Assembly (NCBI RefSeq): GCF_902459465.1
Contig: NC_047072.1
Location: 16,988,001 to 17,052,000, forward strand
DNA length: 64,000 bases
Reading direction: 5' to 3'
Source: Asterias rubens
Taxonomy: Eukaryota
Each line of letters opens with the position of its first letter. The first letter of the stretch is position 1. Positions 60,570-64,000 of the stretch are shown here, piece after piece. The position numbers and the translations under genes were made by a program. Below the pieces are notes generated by a model, which saw only the letters and a list, made by a program, of their open reading frames with translations, searched no databases and was not told where the DNA came from.

Positions 60570-60723
60570 ATAGACCTTTTCGCAAATACTGGGGCGCGCG
60601 CGTAAAGCTTGGAATTAGGTGCATTGTGGTCTTGCTGGTATCCAAATTTGATCCATATATATCCCACAATGCACCTCATTCAACAGTCTGCGCTTGCGCA
60701 TTGGTATTTGCGAAAAGGTCTAT
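60570..60723. mobile_element. Short MITE upstream of the SLC16-like ATG
   Basis: ATAGACCTTTTCGCAAATAC ... GTATTTGCGAAAAGGTCTAT. Confidence 0.7.
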
Positions 60724-61274
60724 GGGACACGAGTCGAGTCTCTGAAACGCGCTGTTTTCTTTGTTACAATTCCAGCCATACATACGTACACAAAATTGCA
60801 TGCAACTAGTATACTGGAATTGCAGAAAAGGAAAGCGCGATTGGTGGCGAGTATGTAGTCCTCAATTAATATGGATACATTTCTATACTAGCGCTTATAT
60901 TACTTACGCACGCGCTGTACCAAACGAGTTGCCTCATAAAAAGTGCCATATTATCGTAGGTTCCTGCTGCGTTGCATCATTTCACACATTGCAAACTAAA
61001 ACGGAACGTTGTCGACGAAGGTCAAACCACCATTTCCGATTTCAATGGCGGTTTTGCTATGAACCGGTCGGTCTTCTTTGGCGGAGCTATATGTTACGTG
61101 TAATTTGACACTAAACTTGAAACATAATGAAACCACTGAAACACACCATTTTATTGTTTTATTGATTCTTGGGGGTCTCATGAAACCCTAGAAAATAAAG
61201 CATACTAATTATGTGAAGCTCAACTTCCAACTTGCACAAACGTCCACACCCAGCATTTCTCCCATATCTGTGAC

Positions 61275-61436
61275 CCGGGGTGGATTTCACAAAGGTAGTC
61301 CTAACCTAGGCAGTGCTAAAGAGATAGTCCTATAAGTTAGGACCAGTAACTCATCCTAACTTAGGACTGGTCCTATCTCTTAGCGTTGCCTAGGACTAGT
61401 CCTAAGTTAGGACTACCTTTGTGAAATCCACCCCGG
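61275..61436. mobile_element. Harbinger-like MITE with near-perfect TIRs
   Basis: CCGGGGTGGATTTCACAAAGGTAGTCCTAAC ... GTTAGGACTACCTTTGTGAAATCCACCCCGG. Confidence 0.8.
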
Positions 61437-61879
61437 AATGAGGAATATCAAGTTACGTCTAATGTTTACACCAAACTAGAGAGAGATACAATGGAATAAT
61501 TGGAAACCCACATTCTTTTACTTTTGTTACACCACCATTGTCTTTGCGAAACTTGCAGGGCCGGTTACGACAAACGGAATTGATTGAACACACGAGAGGT
61601 ACACACCATCGTGCGACGGCGGAGACGTGTCGAGCGGGTTGGGGTGCGCCATAACTTGTTTGCACCGACTGGACCCGTCGGAGCGCACAGTGAACCTCAG
61701 ATATGGGTCATTTCTTTGCTGAGCCTCCCGCGTCGCGCACTCAGTGACGACTCGTCCGCAATGTTGAATGAATCAAGATTGCTGACTTGTTGTTAGTGTG
61801 TGCACGCACCACACATACATAGGTGTGCACGCACCGCTTTAGGGACATTGAATATGACACTTTTTTTATGAGGAAACTT

Positions 61880-63110
61880 CCCCTATACAGCGCGTGCTGA
61901 AGTGTTAGTAAAAATATCTCCATATTCAAAGACAACACTCACCCAAACACGCGAGACTACACGCCGTGTGTGATAATGGGACTAGCTGTGGAGGAAATTA
62001 TGACGTTGAACCTCAAGTATGACTCTTTTTCTAGGGGTGCTATTTATTTAACACCGCTTAGAAAACGAGCGAATTGTGGGCAGGAATATGCTCATTATGC
62101 AGCTACAGTATTGTGCACAGCGTAACAACCTTCACTGCACAAGATCAATGCAATGCACTGGGACACGAAAACCGTCAGTGGTTATCTGAAATGCGCTGTT
62201 TTGCAGTTTTCAAGTAATACATTTTATAACGTAATGAATGCTGGCTGATCTGAGCAAACTGAGGCGGGAAGATTCTCGATTTGTTGTTGGTGGTAAACAC
62301 CACTGCACTAAAAAAAATGCGTCGTTTTCGTTGGTACAAAATACTATGAAACTATATAATAAATAAATTAACTATTTATTAGAATGCACGCGCTGCAAGG
62401 GCGAGTTGTCTAATAATAATAAAAAATATCGTAGGTTCACTAAAAAGTAAGTAGTGTGTGCAAGCCGCACACATTGCCAACTCCAACTTCCTCTAACCAT
62501 GATGAAATATCATTGAACTTCTGCGATAACTTTTGTACTGATGGCACAGAACCACAGATATGGCTGATTTGTTCTGCCCGTCTTGCACTATACAGCGCGT
62601 GCAGTAGTGCTTCATAGAAATAGCTCCATATTCGAGGACAACACTCACCCAAACACGCGAGATTACACGCCGTGTGTGATAATGGGACTAGCTGTCGAGG
62701 AAATTTTGACGTTGAACCTATACAGTATGTCATATTTTCTAGGGATGCATTAAACAGCAAAATAACATAATAATTACAGCAAATTGGAGCAGGAATATTC
62801 TCAAATTGTAGCTTCAGTATGGTAAACGGTGTAACAAACTTCACTGCGCCAGAACAATGACTCGCACTGGGACACGAAAACTGCCAGTGAATCGCAAAAA
62901 ATGCGCTGTTTTGTAATTTTCAAGGAATAGATTTTATACCGTACTGCTCTGAGCAAATTGTAGCAGGAATATTCTTAATTTTGAAGCTTCAGTGTGGTAT
63001 ACTGCGTAACAAACTTCACTGCACCAGCACAATGACTCGCACTGGGACACGAACACTGCCAGTGAATCTCTAAAATGCGCTGTTTTCCTTGGCACAACCT
63101 TGCCATATAC
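61880..63110. repeat. Complex diverged tandem repeat (period of about 709 bp plus a 175-bp sub-repeat)
   Basis: ACAACACTCACCCAAACACGCGAG..GACGTTGAACCT at about 61932 and 62640; CACTGGGACACGAA at 62156, 62865 and 63040. Confidence 0.8.
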
Positions 63111-64000
63111 ACTACGTACAAAAAATGTAAGCACATTGTTTCTATAATACCGGCACGGCACAATGACGAATCGGGACGAAAGTTGCAGATGTCAAAATTT
63201 CGCAACTTTGGAGGGAAAGTTGTAAAATTAAATGTCCAACGTATTTTGTCTACAATAAAAAAATTGTTCAGGTAGTGTGAGTCTCTCCAGGGCAACTGTG
63301 TAGACGGGAAGTTAAACAAATAACATGCACTTTCCAATGTTCTTTGAAGGCTATTTCTCGCTCTTTTCAAGAAGAGCAAGAAAGTGCGCCCTCAATCTTT
63401 ATAATACCCGATGCTAGATAAAATATTCTCTCCACTAATTAGGTCTTTTCTTTTTCCGTTTAGCTTTTAGCAGGGAAAGAGCTTCTTCTATTTTATGAAA
63501 GATAGGGTCATAGACTTTAATGACGTCAGAGACTTAACGTATTGTTCTCATGCAAACAGTATCAAGTGTCCACTCATTAGCATACTGTGATCTGATTGGT
63601 CATGCCAGTCTATGAAGTAACATTTTTTTCAAAAAGCTTTTAGCTGCCAAAATAATGTTGTTCGCTCCTACTTCAATATTGAGCATAGTATGTATAATTG
63701 TATACATTTTATTATTCGCAGTTAGTCTTCGCAATTTGGTTAACACTTTCTTTATTTTATTGGTGATTACAAGGATTCGTATTAATTATCGTTTTATTTT
63801 ATTACTTCCTCATTGGTTCATTGTTGAAAAACGTCTGCTTTGAAGACCAATGTCTTGATAATTCATGTGTCTAATGTGGTTTTCAGAATTCTGCGGTTTT
63901 ACCCAATCATTTTAGGCGTCAGTAAACAATAATGTTTATTGGTGTGAAAAGTGTACAGTAGTTTTTTTTTTTGCTGCCAGTTGTAAACAAAATTGACTTC

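Overview
Eukaryotic, intron-rich, AT-rich genomic DNA. It is most likely an echinoderm (sea star), inferred from the Brachyury protein and gene content; I cannot confirm the species. By manually splicing exons at GT-AG sites I reconstruct seven complete genes. Six are on the minus strand: Brachyury (7 exons, 448 aa), a single-coding-exon Kirrel/nephrin-like 3-Ig receptor, a secreted PAN/apple + F5/8-C protein (286 aa), MAGOH (147 aa), DYNLT1/Tctex-1 (113 aa) and an SLC16-like MFS transporter (434 aa). One is on the plus strand: a proteinase-K-type subtilase (about 381 aa). There are also two apparently isolated endophilin-B exons and a possible 67-aa membrane microprotein. Non-coding DNA is packed with non-autonomous DNA transposons (TTAA-flanked Kolobok-like MITEs, Harbinger-like and foldback elements), tRNA-derived SINEs and tandem repeats. 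The most notable observations are: (1) the subtilase keeps an intact ORF but its catalytic Asp is replaced by Gly and its substrate-binding strand is remodelled; (2) the intronless Ig receptor carries ITIM-like motifs; (3) the endophilin exon pair has no visible partner exons; (4) a family of degenerate minimal hammerhead-ribozyme motifs; (5) TCF/T-box/Cdx-Hox/Otx motif clusters upstream of Brachyury; (6) Brachyury lies about 31 kb from Tctex-1. No prokaryotic systems, CRISPR arrays, rRNA or convincing tRNA genes are present. All calls were made by eye, without database searches.
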